This document shows, piece by piece, positions 47,410 through 56,786 of a stretch of DNA of 64,000 nt. The notes beneath the pieces are model-generated. The model made no database searches. It saw only the letters and a program-made list of their open reading frames with translations, and had not been told where the DNA came from. Source of the stretch: Lacipirellulaceae bacterium (GTDB taxonomy: Bacteria > Planctomycetota > Planctomycetia > Pirellulales > Lacipirellulaceae); NCBI GenBank assembly GCA_965243695.1, contig CBDEWC010000039.1, positions 424,019 through 488,018 of the forward strand, written 5' to 3'. Every line of letters starts with the position of its first letter. Position 1 is the first letter of the stretch. Made by a program: the position numbers and the translations under genes.

Positions 47410-49587
47410 GTGGTTGTCATCGATTATGTTGTATTGATTGGCTACTTCTTGGTCATGGCTGCGATTGGTGCCTGGGCGATTCGGCGCACCAAACGTCAGG
47501 AAGATTATTTTATGGGGGGGCGCAGTTTTGGAAAACTGCTCCAGACCTTTGCGGCCTTTGGAGCGGGAACCGGGGCTCAAGATCCAATTCTCGTGGGTCG
47601 AACCACCTGGACCAGTGGACTCACCGGCATCTGGAGTGTGCTGATGTGGCTGTTTGTCACACCCGTTTATTGGATTACGGGTGTTTGGTACCGCCGCATG
47701 CGCAACCTTACGCTGGGAGATTTTTTTGTTGAACGATATGAATCACCGGCGATGGGGGTCGCATATACGTGCTTCGCACTTGCATTCTGTTGTATGTACC
47801 TCTCCACCATGTTCACGGGGATCAGTGCGGTAGCGGCTGCGATGTTCGGGGTCACGACCGTGGAACTATTTGGAGCACAAGTTCCACTCCAAATGGTGTT
47901 CGTGCCGACAGTTGCAATTTTTGTGGTGATTTATGGGGCGCTTGGCGGGTTGACTGCCGCCTACTGGACCGACTTGGTCCAGGGCCTTTGCATTATTGTG
48001 TTGTCGGTGTTGTTGATTCCCTTTGGGCTCAATGCCCTGGTCGAGAAATTTGGGAATCCAGAGACACAGACCATGTTTGACGGTTTCCGGATTTTGCACG
48101 AACGGCTTCCCGCAAGTTATTTTGAAGTGCTAGGTGGGCCGCGCGCGGGAGAATTCCCGCTGCATTATATCATCTCACTTTCGCTCCTGGCGGTTGTTGG
48201 CATCGTTGTTCAGCCACACTTTATTGTTACCGGTGGGGGATCTGCAAAAACCGAGAGCAACGCGCGAATCGGTCTTGTGACCGGAAATTTTCTCAAACGA
48301 CTTTGCACGGTCGGTTGGGCCCTGACCGGTCTGATCATCCTGGCCCTGTTGGCAGACAGTGTCGAAATTGCTGAGGTGAAAGATCGGGCCTGGGGCGTTG
48401 CCAGCCGGGAATTGTTGGGCACTGCCAAATTAGGGTTAGTCGGACTGATGCTGGCCTGCCTGATTGCGGCGCTGATGAGTACCGCCGATACAATGATGCT
48501 TGTTTGTTCGGCACTAGTGGTTCACAACGTCTATGCCCCTTTCTTCAATCCCAATGCGACAGAGCGGACGTATGTGAATACGGGAAGAATTGTTGGGCTG
48601 ATTGTTGTTGCCGGATCGGCATTTGCGGCATTAGCGATTAGTGATGTCTTGAAGCAGTACACCATGGCGTTGGAATTGCCCATTGTGTTTGCTGCGCCCT
48701 TCTGGATCGGAATGTATTGGCGAAGGTCCGGCAAGCTGGCTGCCTGGGGGACCATTGTGTTTGCCTTTGTCGCTTTCTTTGTGGCACCGGTCATGCTACC
48801 GACCCTCTGGCCTGCGTTGCGGGAAGACCCCCGGTTTACCATCGCCACCAATCGGGTTAGTCGAACGATTTCCCGCAAGGCGACTGCGGTCGATGTTGAC
48901 CGGCGCACGGGTTGGGAGGCGGCCCACCGGGAGGCTTTGAAGAATCCTGATGAAGCAGAACGGAAGTCGCTCCTGGAAAAGTTAGGTCCTGCTCCACCCG
49001 AGGCAGTCGTGGGCGAGTTGTTCCAGGAAAAACTGCCCTCTCTGGGGGGGACGGCCGTGTTTTGGCGGGGTGGTTTAAAACCGGCTGAGGGTGGAAAAGC
49101 AACCTACGAAACAGTCAGCGATTCGAGCACGGAAAATGAAAAAACGGTCGTCGAGCGGCGGGTGGGCAAATCGGTCGGGCAAGGATCGTTCAATCTTGAT
49201 TTTTTGCTCTATCAATGGATCGGGGTTGATTTTTCGGGGTTGTCGCCGGCAATGCTTAAAACCATGCGATTGCCCCCTCGCCTGATTGCCCCATTTGTGG
49301 TGCTCCTTGCGTTGTCCTGGTTGACGCCAAGAAACAGCAAGGCGGCGCTTGATCGGTTCTACGTGAAGATGAAAACGGAAGTTAAGCCTGAAGCGGAAGA
49401 GGACCAACGCGAGATGGAGGCTTCTTACGACGCGCCAGACCGCTTTGACCAGCTCAAACTTTTCCCAAAATCTGAATGGGAATTCACCAAGCCGAGTTAT
49501 TTCGATGTGATCGGATTTATCGTTTGCGTGATAATTTGTTTTGTGATGGTCGGGTTGCTCGTGTTCCTGGTGAACCTGGGAGGCTAA
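47410..49587 (+). CDS. Sodium:solute symporter (SSS) family transporter with extended C-terminal region
   Basis: 725 aa, GTG start immediately after an in-frame stop. YFMGGRSFG, multiple TM segments. A hydrophilic segment of about 130 aa (residues ~490-620) precedes the last TM helices. Confidence 0.85.
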   Translation: MVVIDYVVLIGYFLVMAAIGAWAIRRTKRQEDYFMGGRSFGKLLQTFAAFGAGTGAQDPILVGRTTWTSGLTGIWSVLMWLFVTPVYWITGVWYRRMRNLTLGDFFVERYESPAMGVAYTCFALAFCCMYLSTMFTGISAVAAAMFGVTTVELFGAQVPLQMVFVPTVAIFVVIYGALGGLTAAYWTDLVQGLCIIVLSVLLIPFGLNALVEKFGNPETQTMFDGFRILHERLPASYFEVLGGPRAGEFPLHYIISLSLLAVVGIVVQPHFIVTGGGSAKTESNARIGLVTGNFLKRLCTVGWALTGLIILALLADSVEIAEVKDRAWGVASRELLGTAKLGLVGLMLACLIAALMSTADTMMLVCSALVVHNVYAPFFNPNATERTYVNTGRIVGLIVVAGSAFAALAISDVLKQYTMALELPIVFAAPFWIGMYWRRSGKLAAWGTIVFAFVAFFVAPVMLPTLWPALREDPRFTIATNRVSRTISRKATAVDVDRRTGWEAAHREALKNPDEAERKSLLEKLGPAPPEAVVGELFQEKLPSLGGTAVFWRGGLKPAEGGKATYETVSDSSTENEKTVVERRVGKSVGQGSFNLDFLLYQWIGVDFSGLSPAMLKTMRLPPRLIAPFVVLLALSWLTPRNSKAALDRFYVKMKTEVKPEAEEDQREMEASYDAPDRFDQLKLFPKSEWEFTKPSYFDVIGFIVCVIICFVMVGLLVFLVNLGG

Positions 49588-49679
49588 AGCAAGGGCGCAT
49601 TTCGCAACGCGGTTTTGGCAGTGCGAAAACGGTTGGCCCAACCCTTTTTCGGAGTTTGAACGGCCTCAGGGAAGGGGTC

Positions 49680-50531
49680 TTAGTTCCAGCGCTTCGAAAC
49701 TTGTTCCTGCATGAAGGCGAGTCCATCCCGGGCCAGCTGCTCTTCGCTTTCATACATCCGCCGCCAGATCTTGGTTGCAGCCGCAATTTCAGGCAGCGCC
49801 AGGCCAAAAGCCTCGATCACCATCCAGCCGTCATAACCAACTTCATGCAAAGTGTCGAAGTTGGTATCCCAGTGCACCTGACCCTGTCCCGGGGTGCCGC
49901 GGTCATTTTCTGAAATGTGCACGTGGCCAAGCAGATCGGCACAGTCACGGATGGCCTGGGCCACACATTTTTCTTCAATATGGGTGTGAAACGTATCATG
50001 CAGCACTTTGCAATTTGGGTGATTGACCTCGCGTGCAAAGCGGGTAGCGTCTGCATTGGTGTTGAGCAAATAGGTTTCAAAGCGGTTAAGCATCTCCACC
50101 CCCAGAACCACGTTGCACGATTCTGCATATTCGGCCGTTTCTCGCATCACGTCGACACCCCACTTCCACTCTTCATCGGTAGGACCTGCACCACTGAAGA
50201 TACCGATGGCTGAGTGAAAAGGGCCCACCAGGCTTTGTGCCCCAAGGGCCTGGCAGCAATCGAGAGTTTGCTTGTTGAGTTCTACGGCCTGCTGGCGAAT
50301 GGCCGGGTCAGAACTGATGGGGTTGTCAGGTTCATTACGAATGGTCACAGCCGTACGTTCAAGGCCGATGGCATCCAGTTTCTGGCCAAAACGTGTCCAC
50401 TTGTCGACATCAAGATTAAACAAGGGAACTTCCACCCCGTCAAAGCCCATCGTTTTGAGACGTTCAATCATCGGTAAATGTTCGTCGCCCACATCGCCAG
50501 ACCATAACAGCAAGTTCATTCCATACTTCAT
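49680..50531 (-). CDS. Xylose-isomerase-like TIM-barrel protein (sugar phosphate isomerase/epimerase), cytoplasmic
   Basis: ORF 49680..50804. Conserved sequence begins at MKYGMNLLLWSG (ATG 50531, preceded by AAAGGAAAA). GFDGVEVPLF...GVEMLNRFE...HVHISENDRG. Confidence 0.8.
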   Translation of the reverse strand: MKYGMNLLLWSGDVGDEHLPMIERLKTMGFDGVEVPLFNLDVDKWTRFGQKLDAIGLERTAVTIRNEPDNPISSDPAIRQQAVELNKQTLDCCQALGAQSLVGPFHSAIGIFSGAGPTDEEWKWGVDVMRETAEYAESCNVVLGVEMLNRFETYLLNTNADATRFAREVNHPNCKVLHDTFHTHIEEKCVAQAIRDCADLLGHVHISENDRGTPGQGQVHWDTNFDTLHEVGYDGWMVIEAFGLALPEIAAATKIWRRMYESEEQLARDGLAFMQEQVSKRWN

Positions 50532-50822
50532 CGGACCTATTTTCCTTTCGTGCTTGGTAACTATCCGTTTTAGCGACTCGTAGGGTGCGCAGGCTCTGTT
50601 GGGATCAAGGCGGAGTAACACCTCTGGGGTGCAGGCCGAGCGTGCCCCACCTAAGATGACACCTGAGAGGCCCGATGACAAGAACCGTCCGGAATTGTTT
50701 GCCTTGTCGGCTTTGTCAAGAACACAGCAAGGTTTAGAACTGCGCACTCCGTTGGTGCAATACCTGGTCCTGGCAAGCCTGGTCGCAAGAAGAAATGTGG
50801 CCACGTGTTGGCGGGATTGTCC

Positions 50823-52781
50823 CTACGATTGCACTTCCTGGCGGTCACGAAATTCGTCCAGTGATTCCGGGTTAGCGAGTGCTTCGGTCTGCTGAACCGG
50901 CCTGCCGTGAATGATATTTTTGACGGCCAGTTCGCTGATCTTACCACTTCGTGTGACCGGAATATCAGCGACCTGCACTATTTTTCTGGGCACGTGGCGT
51001 GGGGTTGCTTTGGTACCAATCGTGGTGCAAATTCTGGAGTGCAGTTCCTGGTTGAGTTCGCACCCTTCGGCCAGCTTTACAAAGAGGACCACGCGGGTGT
51101 CTCCTCGCCACTCTTGACCGACGACGACGCTACCGAGGACTTCCTCAATAAGTTCAAGTTGGCGGTAAATTTCCGCGGTGCCAATTCGGATTCCTCCTGG
51201 ATTGAGCACGGCATCGGACCGCCCGAAAAAAATCATGCCACCTTTTTCGTTCACCATTACGTAATCACCGTGATGCCAGACATTGTCAAATCTGGAAAAG
51301 TAGGTAGCACGGTATTTCACACCGTCCGGGTCATTCCAGAAGCAGATGGGCATGGAGGGGAAAGGTTGTGTGCAAACGAGCTCCCCCTTCTCATTGACCA
51401 GTGATTTTCCCTTAGCATCAAAGACATCGACGGCGTAGCCGAGTGACCGTGTTTGCAGTTCGCCACGATAAACGGGGAGTGTTGGGCAACCCAACACAAA
51501 GCAGCCGATAATATCAGTTCCACCAGAGATGGAAGCCAACAGGAGATCTTTCTTGATGTGTTCGTAAACGTAGTCAAAATTTTCCGGAACCAGTGGGGAG
51601 CCGGTCGAGAGGATTGCCCGTAATTTTTTCAGTTGATGCGTTTTGATTGGGCGGAGCCGGACTTTATGGATTGCTGAGATGAACGCGGCACTGGTGCCAA
51701 ACACCGTAATTTCTTCCTCGTCAGCCATGTCGAACAAGATTCTGGTTTTTTTCAGGGTAGGGGCACCATCGTAGAGCGAGATGGTCGCACCTGTGGCAAG
51801 ACCACTGACCAGCCAGTTCCACATCATCCAGCCACACGTCGTTGCGTAGAGGATATTGTCTTCGCGGCGCAGGTCCGTGTGGAGAATGTGTTCCTTCAGA
51901 TGCTCAATGAGCGTCCCTCCGACTCCGTGAACAATGCACTTGGGTTTTCCTGTCGTACCGGAAGAAAACATCACGTACAACGGATGATCGAAGGCGACTT
52001 GTGTAAAATGGAGTGGAGGGGGAGAACCTGGTTCGATCAAGGTATGGAATACGTGCCCGGACACGTTGTCCCGGAGGTCTGGCATCGTTAGTTCCGTAGG
52101 ATTCACATATCGACATAGGATGAAATGTTCGATCGATGGGATCTTCCCGACGACTTCACTGGCCGTTTCCAATGTTTTGTAGACGTGTCCTTTGTGGTAG
52201 TAACCGTCGCTGGCCAGAAGGACTTTAGGTTCAATTTGGCCGAAGCGGTCCACCACGCCTTCGGTACCGAAATCGGGCGAACAAGATGACCAGACGGCGC
52301 CAAGGGAACTGGTTGCCAGCATCGCGATGACCGCTTCGGGCATGTTCGGTAGCATTCCCACAACGCGATCGCCGATGCCCACACCCATATCTTTCAGCGC
52401 TCTGGCAAGCCAGGCAACCTGCTGGTGCAGCTGGGTGTAGCTCAATGTGCGGCGCACCTTGTCTTCGCCCCAGAATACAATTGCCGTTTGCTGGTCGTTG
52501 TAGCGAAGCAGGTTTTCAGCAAAGTTCAGTCGTGCTCCAGGGAACCACTTTGCCTCAACCATTTCGCTCCCTTTTTCAAGGACGCGTGAGTAGGGTTCCG
52601 AACTGATAATGCCGCAAAAATCCCAAAGGGCTTCCCAGAAAGGTTCTGGTTCGCGAATCGTCCAATCGTAAAAAGACTGAAAGTCATCGAACTGAAGTGA
52701 AAACTGCTGCTCGATACGCTTGATGAACGCAGTGATCTGCGCATCCTTGATCTGGTCCGCCGATGGTTCCCAAAGTTTCAT
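50823..52781 (-). CDS. Acetoacetate-CoA ligase (acetoacetyl-CoA synthetase)
   Basis: 652 aa. N-terminal ...FYDWTIREPEPFWEALWDFCGI is typical of acetoacetyl-CoA synthetases. AMP-binding motif MFSSGTTGKPKCIVHG. Confidence 0.85.
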   Translation of the reverse strand: MKLWEPSADQIKDAQITAFIKRIEQQFSLQFDDFQSFYDWTIREPEPFWEALWDFCGIISSEPYSRVLEKGSEMVEAKWFPGARLNFAENLLRYNDQQTAIVFWGEDKVRRTLSYTQLHQQVAWLARALKDMGVGIGDRVVGMLPNMPEAVIAMLATSSLGAVWSSCSPDFGTEGVVDRFGQIEPKVLLASDGYYHKGHVYKTLETASEVVGKIPSIEHFILCRYVNPTELTMPDLRDNVSGHVFHTLIEPGSPPPLHFTQVAFDHPLYVMFSSGTTGKPKCIVHGVGGTLIEHLKEHILHTDLRREDNILYATTCGWMMWNWLVSGLATGATISLYDGAPTLKKTRILFDMADEEEITVFGTSAAFISAIHKVRLRPIKTHQLKKLRAILSTGSPLVPENFDYVYEHIKKDLLLASISGGTDIIGCFVLGCPTLPVYRGELQTRSLGYAVDVFDAKGKSLVNEKGELVCTQPFPSMPICFWNDPDGVKYRATYFSRFDNVWHHGDYVMVNEKGGMIFFGRSDAVLNPGGIRIGTAEIYRQLELIEEVLGSVVVGQEWRGDTRVVLFVKLAEGCELNQELHSRICTTIGTKATPRHVPRKIVQVADIPVTRSGKISELAVKNIIHGRPVQQTEALANPESLDEFRDRQEVQS

Positions 52782-52904
52782 GGATTTGCAAGCTTTGATT
52801 TCTGAAGAAAGCCATTAACTTCCTGAAAAAAAGAAGGGGTTTGAGCCCATTGGTTGTGGTTGGTCCAGGCTGAGTTGTTGTCTCTTGGCTGCCCTCTAAG
52901 AAGA

Positions 52905-53435
52905 TCAATCGTAATAGTCAATGAGTGACTGGATCGGGGCGGTTAACTTCTGCTCTCCGTTCAGAAATTTTAGATTCATCAGGAAACGAAAGCCGATCAC
53001 TTCCGCGCCGGCAGTCTTGCACACAAGTTCGGTAGCGTGGGCAGTACCACCGGTGGCCAGAACGTCGTCGATAATCATGACGCGATCCCCACTATTTAAA
53101 TCCCCCTCCTGGACTTCGATGATATCTTCGCCATATTCCAGGCCGTAGCCTTGCTGAATCGTTTTGCGGGGGAGTTTGCCTTTTTTCCGGATCAGCACCA
53201 GCCCGGTTCCTAATTGGTGAGCCAGGGGGGCACCGATTAAAAACCCGCGACTCTCGACGGCTGCTATCTTATCGATTGGAAGATCAATACTTTCTGCAAA
53301 TTGATCGACCATGCTTCGCATCGATTCGGGATCAAGCAGAATAGGGGTAATATCTTTAAAGACAATCCCAGGTTTGGGAAAGTCAGGTACATCGATAATT
53401 TTGTCCTGGAGGTTTACCACCGTGGATGGGGCCAT
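52905..53435 (-). CDS. apt: Adenine phosphoribosyltransferase
   Basis: 176 aa. DFPKPGIVFKDITPIL and PRPP-binding VMIIDDVLATGGTA. Confidence 0.9.
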   Translation of the reverse strand: MAPSTVVNLQDKIIDVPDFPKPGIVFKDITPILLDPESMRSMVDQFAESIDLPIDKIAAVESRGFLIGAPLAHQLGTGLVLIRKKGKLPRKTIQQGYGLEYGEDIIEVQEGDLNSGDRVMIIDDVLATGGTAHATELVCKTAGAEVIGFRFLMNLKFLNGEQKLTAPIQSLIDYYD

Positions 53436-53746
53436 CTGTTGCTCCTTGGTAGAGGTCGCTCTGGCATGGAAGGGAGCGACTTTAAAAATGCGTGTTGGGA
53501 ACCTTTAGCAATGATGATGAGATTGTGACTTGATCGCAAGTCCCTGCTTGATATTCAGCAGGCTCTGTAGGCGAATGGGTGCTGTCTCAAAGCAGGTTTA
53601 ACGTCTGAAACAGGTATTAGGCTAAGTGACCTGCCTTGATTTTACGGTCGACGGCCAGTTTTTTTAAGGTCTGCATTTTTTCCGGCGGTTGGACCCGCGA
53701 GTGGGTGGGCATTGGAGAGGGTGGCGCTCTGCGATGGAAGGCGCCT

Positions 53747-54859
53747 TTAACGGCTTTCACTTGTCGTTTCGGGTGCCGTACCAAAAACCCGATACTCCAA
53801 ATTTGTCGGCTCCTGGGAAGCTTCAGCCAGAGCTGAGTCGATCAAGTCATGGTGAGGAGATAGTTTGCACACAGGATCCGTTGTCGCTGCATCGCCTGTG
53901 ACTAAAAAAGCCTGACAACGACAGCCACCAAAGTCAATTTCCCGCCGGTCGCAACTTCGGCACGGTTCCGGGAGCCAATCGGTTCCGCGAAACCGCTGGA
54001 AGACAGGATCGGTAAACCAAATGTCGTGCAGCGATTTGTGCTGGACATTGGGAAATTCAAGGCCCGTAATTTCCCGTGCGGTCTGGCATGGCAGGACTGC
54101 CCCATCGGGCGCGACGGTCAAAAAAACACGCCCCCACCCTTGCAGGCATGCCTTGGGGAATTCCTGAAAATAATCGGGCAGGACATGGAGGATCTCGAGT
54201 TGGCCGGCAAGTTGTTTGCGTGCTGCAGCAACGACTTGTGCAGCGCGTTCGACTTGGGAACGACGGGGTAGCAGGGCTGCACGATTGCGGAATGCCCAAC
54301 CCGTGTATTGCACATGAGCCAGTTCGATTTTGTCGACTTCCCAATCTGCTGCCAGGTTGATGATGGTTTCGAGATGGTCAAGATTATGGCGGTGCAATAC
54401 GACGTTGAGGGTGACAGGGAAATCGCGTTCGCGGGCAAGTTCGACTGTCAGGCGTTTCTTCTCAAATGAGGGAGTGCCGGCGAGCCAGTCGTTCGATTGG
54501 GCATTGATATCGAGCAAACTAATCTGCAACGAGTCGAGGCCGGCCGATTTCAGCTCGTCGAGCCTGGGCCCATCCGTCAAAGTTGCGCCGGTACTCAGGT
54601 TTGAATAGAGATCGAGTTGCCGGGCGGTTGCAATAAGGGTGGCGAGATCGGGTCGAACGACCGGTTCACCGCCTGAGAAATGGACCTGAACCACGCCCAG
54701 CGCAGCTGCCTCGGTCAGTACTCGCTGCCAGGTGGCGGAATCGAGTTCATGCTTGTACCGGGCAAGTTGGAGAGGATTGCTACAGTAGGGGCACTTGAGC
54801 GGACACCGATAGGTTAGCTCTGCCAGGAGTGCGAACGGTCTAGGAGGCGTTGTTGGCAT
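53747..54859 (-). CDS. pqqE: PQQ biosynthesis radical-SAM/SPASM protein PqqE
   Basis: 370 aa. LLAELTYRCPLKCPYCSNP (CxxxCxxC). C-terminal Cys-rich SPASM region. Follows pqqD with a 20-nt overlap. Confidence 0.9.
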   Translation of the reverse strand: MPTTPPRPFALLAELTYRCPLKCPYCSNPLQLARYKHELDSATWQRVLTEAAALGVVQVHFSGGEPVVRPDLATLIATARQLDLYSNLSTGATLTDGPRLDELKSAGLDSLQISLLDINAQSNDWLAGTPSFEKKRLTVELARERDFPVTLNVVLHRHNLDHLETIINLAADWEVDKIELAHVQYTGWAFRNRAALLPRRSQVERAAQVVAAARKQLAGQLEILHVLPDYFQEFPKACLQGWGRVFLTVAPDGAVLPCQTAREITGLEFPNVQHKSLHDIWFTDPVFQRFRGTDWLPEPCRSCDRREIDFGGCRCQAFLVTGDAATTDPVCKLSPHHDLIDSALAEASQEPTNLEYRVFGTAPETTSESR

Positions 54860-55124
54860 CGTCGATCAAACCTCGGCTGGCGAGCCGGTCCAGGAGTTCT
54901 GAGAGGTCCATGTGAATGGAATCATTCGGGAACGAACGGGAAAGTTCAGCCACCAGATTGTCCAGCGATCGCCCATCGCACAGTCGAACAATGGCAGCGG
55001 CTGTCTCGTTGAGAACGAGCATTCCTTCAGGAAACAGGAGTTGATGTTGCTGGCGGAGTTCGTCCCACCGGTAACGGACGCCCCGCGCGAGAATTGGACA
55101 GCAAGGTGTGGGTTGTTCAGTCAT
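54840..55124 (-). CDS. pqqD: PQQ biosynthesis peptide chaperone PqqD
   Basis: In ORF 54840..55343 the conserved part starts at MTEQPTPCCPILARGVRYRWDELRQQHQLLFPEGMLVLNETAAAIVRLCDG (ATG 55124). It overlaps the pqqC stop as GATGACTGA. Confidence 0.85.
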   Translation of the reverse strand: MTEQPTPCCPILARGVRYRWDELRQQHQLLFPEGMLVLNETAAAIVRLCDGRSLDNLVAELSRSFPNDSIHMDLSELLDRLASRGLIDDANNAS

Positions 55125-55809
55125 CCTGGCAATGTGTATCAATGGCGTCGAGTTGGGCCCATAGGACATCGCACTTGAACTGTAAGGCTGCAATTGCCTG
55201 TTGTTGTGACTCAAGATCGCGGCAGTACTCCAGTACAACCTCCAAGCCATGCTCGCTGTCGCGCGTTGCCAGTGGAGGACGCGCTCGAAAGTAAGCAAGC
55301 GCGGCAGGATCGATCCAGTCGTAATGTTCTTCCAGAGCAGCAAGTCGTTGAGTCATCAGCTTTGGGGCAAATAATTCGGTAAGTGACGAGGCAACTCCCT
55401 CTGTCCAGGACTGGGTGGCAACGAATTGGACATAGGCATCTACTGAAAATCGTACGCCTGGCAACAAGTGTTGATCTTGTTCAAGTTCGTCGCGGGACAA
55501 GCCAACTCCCTCCCCAAGACGGAGCCATTTTTCAATTCCCCCGGGTTCCGATTCGGTCCCGTCATGATCGGTGATCCGCTGAATCCACCGCTGGCGAATT
55601 TGTCGAACCGGGCAGCGCGAGAGCAACAAGGCATCTTTAACTGGAATATTCTTCTGATAGTAAAAACGGTTAGCGACCCAGCATCGAATATGTTCTTGTG
55701 TAAGCGCCCCCTCGTGCATGCGCTGATGAAATGGATGCTTGTCGTGATAGCGCGACTGTCCAACCTCGCGGAGTCGTTCGATGAATTCATCAGAGGGCCA
55801 GCGCTGCAT
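55117..55809 (-). CDS. pqqC: Pyrroloquinoline-quinone synthase PqqC
   Basis: In ORF 55117..56040, ATG 55809 gives MQRWPSDEFIERLREVGQSRYHDKHPFHQRMHEG...WVANRFYYQKNIPVKDA...RITDHDG. This aligns from memory with the PqqC N-terminus. Confidence 0.9.
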   Translation of the reverse strand: MQRWPSDEFIERLREVGQSRYHDKHPFHQRMHEGALTQEHIRCWVANRFYYQKNIPVKDALLLSRCPVRQIRQRWIQRITDHDGTESEPGGIEKWLRLGEGVGLSRDELEQDQHLLPGVRFSVDAYVQFVATQSWTEGVASSLTELFAPKLMTQRLAALEEHYDWIDPAALAYFRARPPLATRDSEHGLEVVLEYCRDLESQQQAIAALQFKCDVLWAQLDAIDTHCQDD

Positions 55810-55821
55810 GGGAGTAAAAGC

Positions 55822-55857
55822 CAGGTGATCGTTAGTGGTCAGGTGATCGTTAGTGGT
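55822..55857. repeat. Perfect 18-bp tandem duplication CAGGTGATCGTTAGTGGT x2 in the pqqB-pqqC spacer
   Basis: Read directly; occupies 36 of the 53 nt between the pqqB stop (55863) and the pqqC ATG (55809). Confidence 0.9.
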
Positions 55858-55862
55858 TATGT

Positions 55863-56786
55863 TCAGCAAACAAATTCGTCGCCGTCGGTACCGACGGCAA
55901 TTCCCTGGTTTCGAACTTCGGCATATTCCCAGGAGTCCGTATCGAGCATGGGATTCGTGTTGTTGATGTGCACATAAACGCGGTTTGGTATCGGCAATTC
56001 TGCCAGCCACGCGAGGCTGCCCTGCGGGCCACCAACACAAAGATGCCCCATTTGACCAGCAGTCCGGTCGGTGATTCCGTGCTGACTTGGTTCGTCATTG
56101 GACCAGAACGAGCCGTCCATCAGGAGGCAGTCGGCATCGTCTACTGCGTCGCGGAGCGATTTATCAACTTCGAGAACTCCTGGAGCATAGACGAGCTTGC
56201 CCCCAGTTCGATGATCGCGGATGGAAAGCCCAATCACCGCTCCCGCCGCCGTGGCGGGTTCGGGCGAGACATAGCGGGGTGCATCGCGACCGGTTTCGAA
56301 AGCACAAACTTCCAGGCCCTCATCGGGGGTGTTGGGAGAGGAGAGGCGAAACGGCTCGTTGAGGTTGATTTTGCTCCAAGGGCGGTCGGCAAAATGAGTG
56401 AGCAGCGGAGCAATCGGAAAGTATTCGCTGAGCCAGTGTTGTACAACAGCTGTGCTGTGGATGGCGATCACACCTCCCTCGCGAAGTTGAAGCAGCCCGG
56501 AAGTGTGATCTAACTCGGCATCGGTGAGCACGCAACCGGCAATCGAAGTTCCTCGCGAACACGTTTTTGGGGGGCCAAGCTGGGGGAAGTCCATGATTTG
56601 ATGACGTACGTCCGCCGAGACGTTAAGCAGGAACCACGAATTCCCGTCGGCAGAGATGGCAACCGAAGACTGAGTGCGCCGATGTACGCGGTCTTCGCCG
56701 GCGCGCACCCGTTGGCAGTTCGGGCAGCTGCAATTCCACTGGGGAAGCCCACCACCAGCGGCTGAGCCGAGGATGCGTATCCGCAT
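55863..56786 (-). CDS. pqqB: PQQ biosynthesis protein PqqB (metallo-beta-lactamase fold)
   Basis: 307 aa. MRIRILGSAAGGGLPQWNCSCPNC...TDAELDHTSGLL. Confidence 0.9.
   Translation of the reverse strand: MRIRILGSAAGGGLPQWNCSCPNCQRVRAGEDRVHRRTQSSVAISADGNSWFLLNVSADVRHQIMDFPQLGPPKTCSRGTSIAGCVLTDAELDHTSGLLQLREGGVIAIHSTAVVQHWLSEYFPIAPLLTHFADRPWSKINLNEPFRLSSPNTPDEGLEVCAFETGRDAPRYVSPEPATAAGAVIGLSIRDHRTGGKLVYAPGVLEVDKSLRDAVDDADCLLMDGSFWSNDEPSQHGITDRTAGQMGHLCVGGPQGSLAWLAELPIPNRVYVHINNTNPMLDTDSWEYAEVRNQGIAVGTDGDEFVC

Noticed and set aside
50532-50804. 91-aa N-terminal extension of the TIM-barrel ORF 49680..50804.
   Set aside because: The extension is Arg/Cys/Ser-rich without signal or fold features. Homologous-looking sequence starts at MKYGMNLLLWSG, which has an upstream AAAGGAAAA site.
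55125-55343. N-terminal 73-aa extension of the pqqD ORF (track start 55343).
   Set aside because: It overlaps the pqqC C-terminus in another frame. The PqqD-like sequence starts at ATG 55124, in a typical ATGA-type overlap with the pqqC stop.
55810-56040. N-terminal 77-aa extension of the pqqC ORF in the track (starting at 56040).
   Set aside because: The extension overlaps the 3' end of pqqB in another frame and runs through the 18-bp tandem repeat. The conserved PqqC sequence begins at Met 55809, with the HPFH motif at the expected distance.
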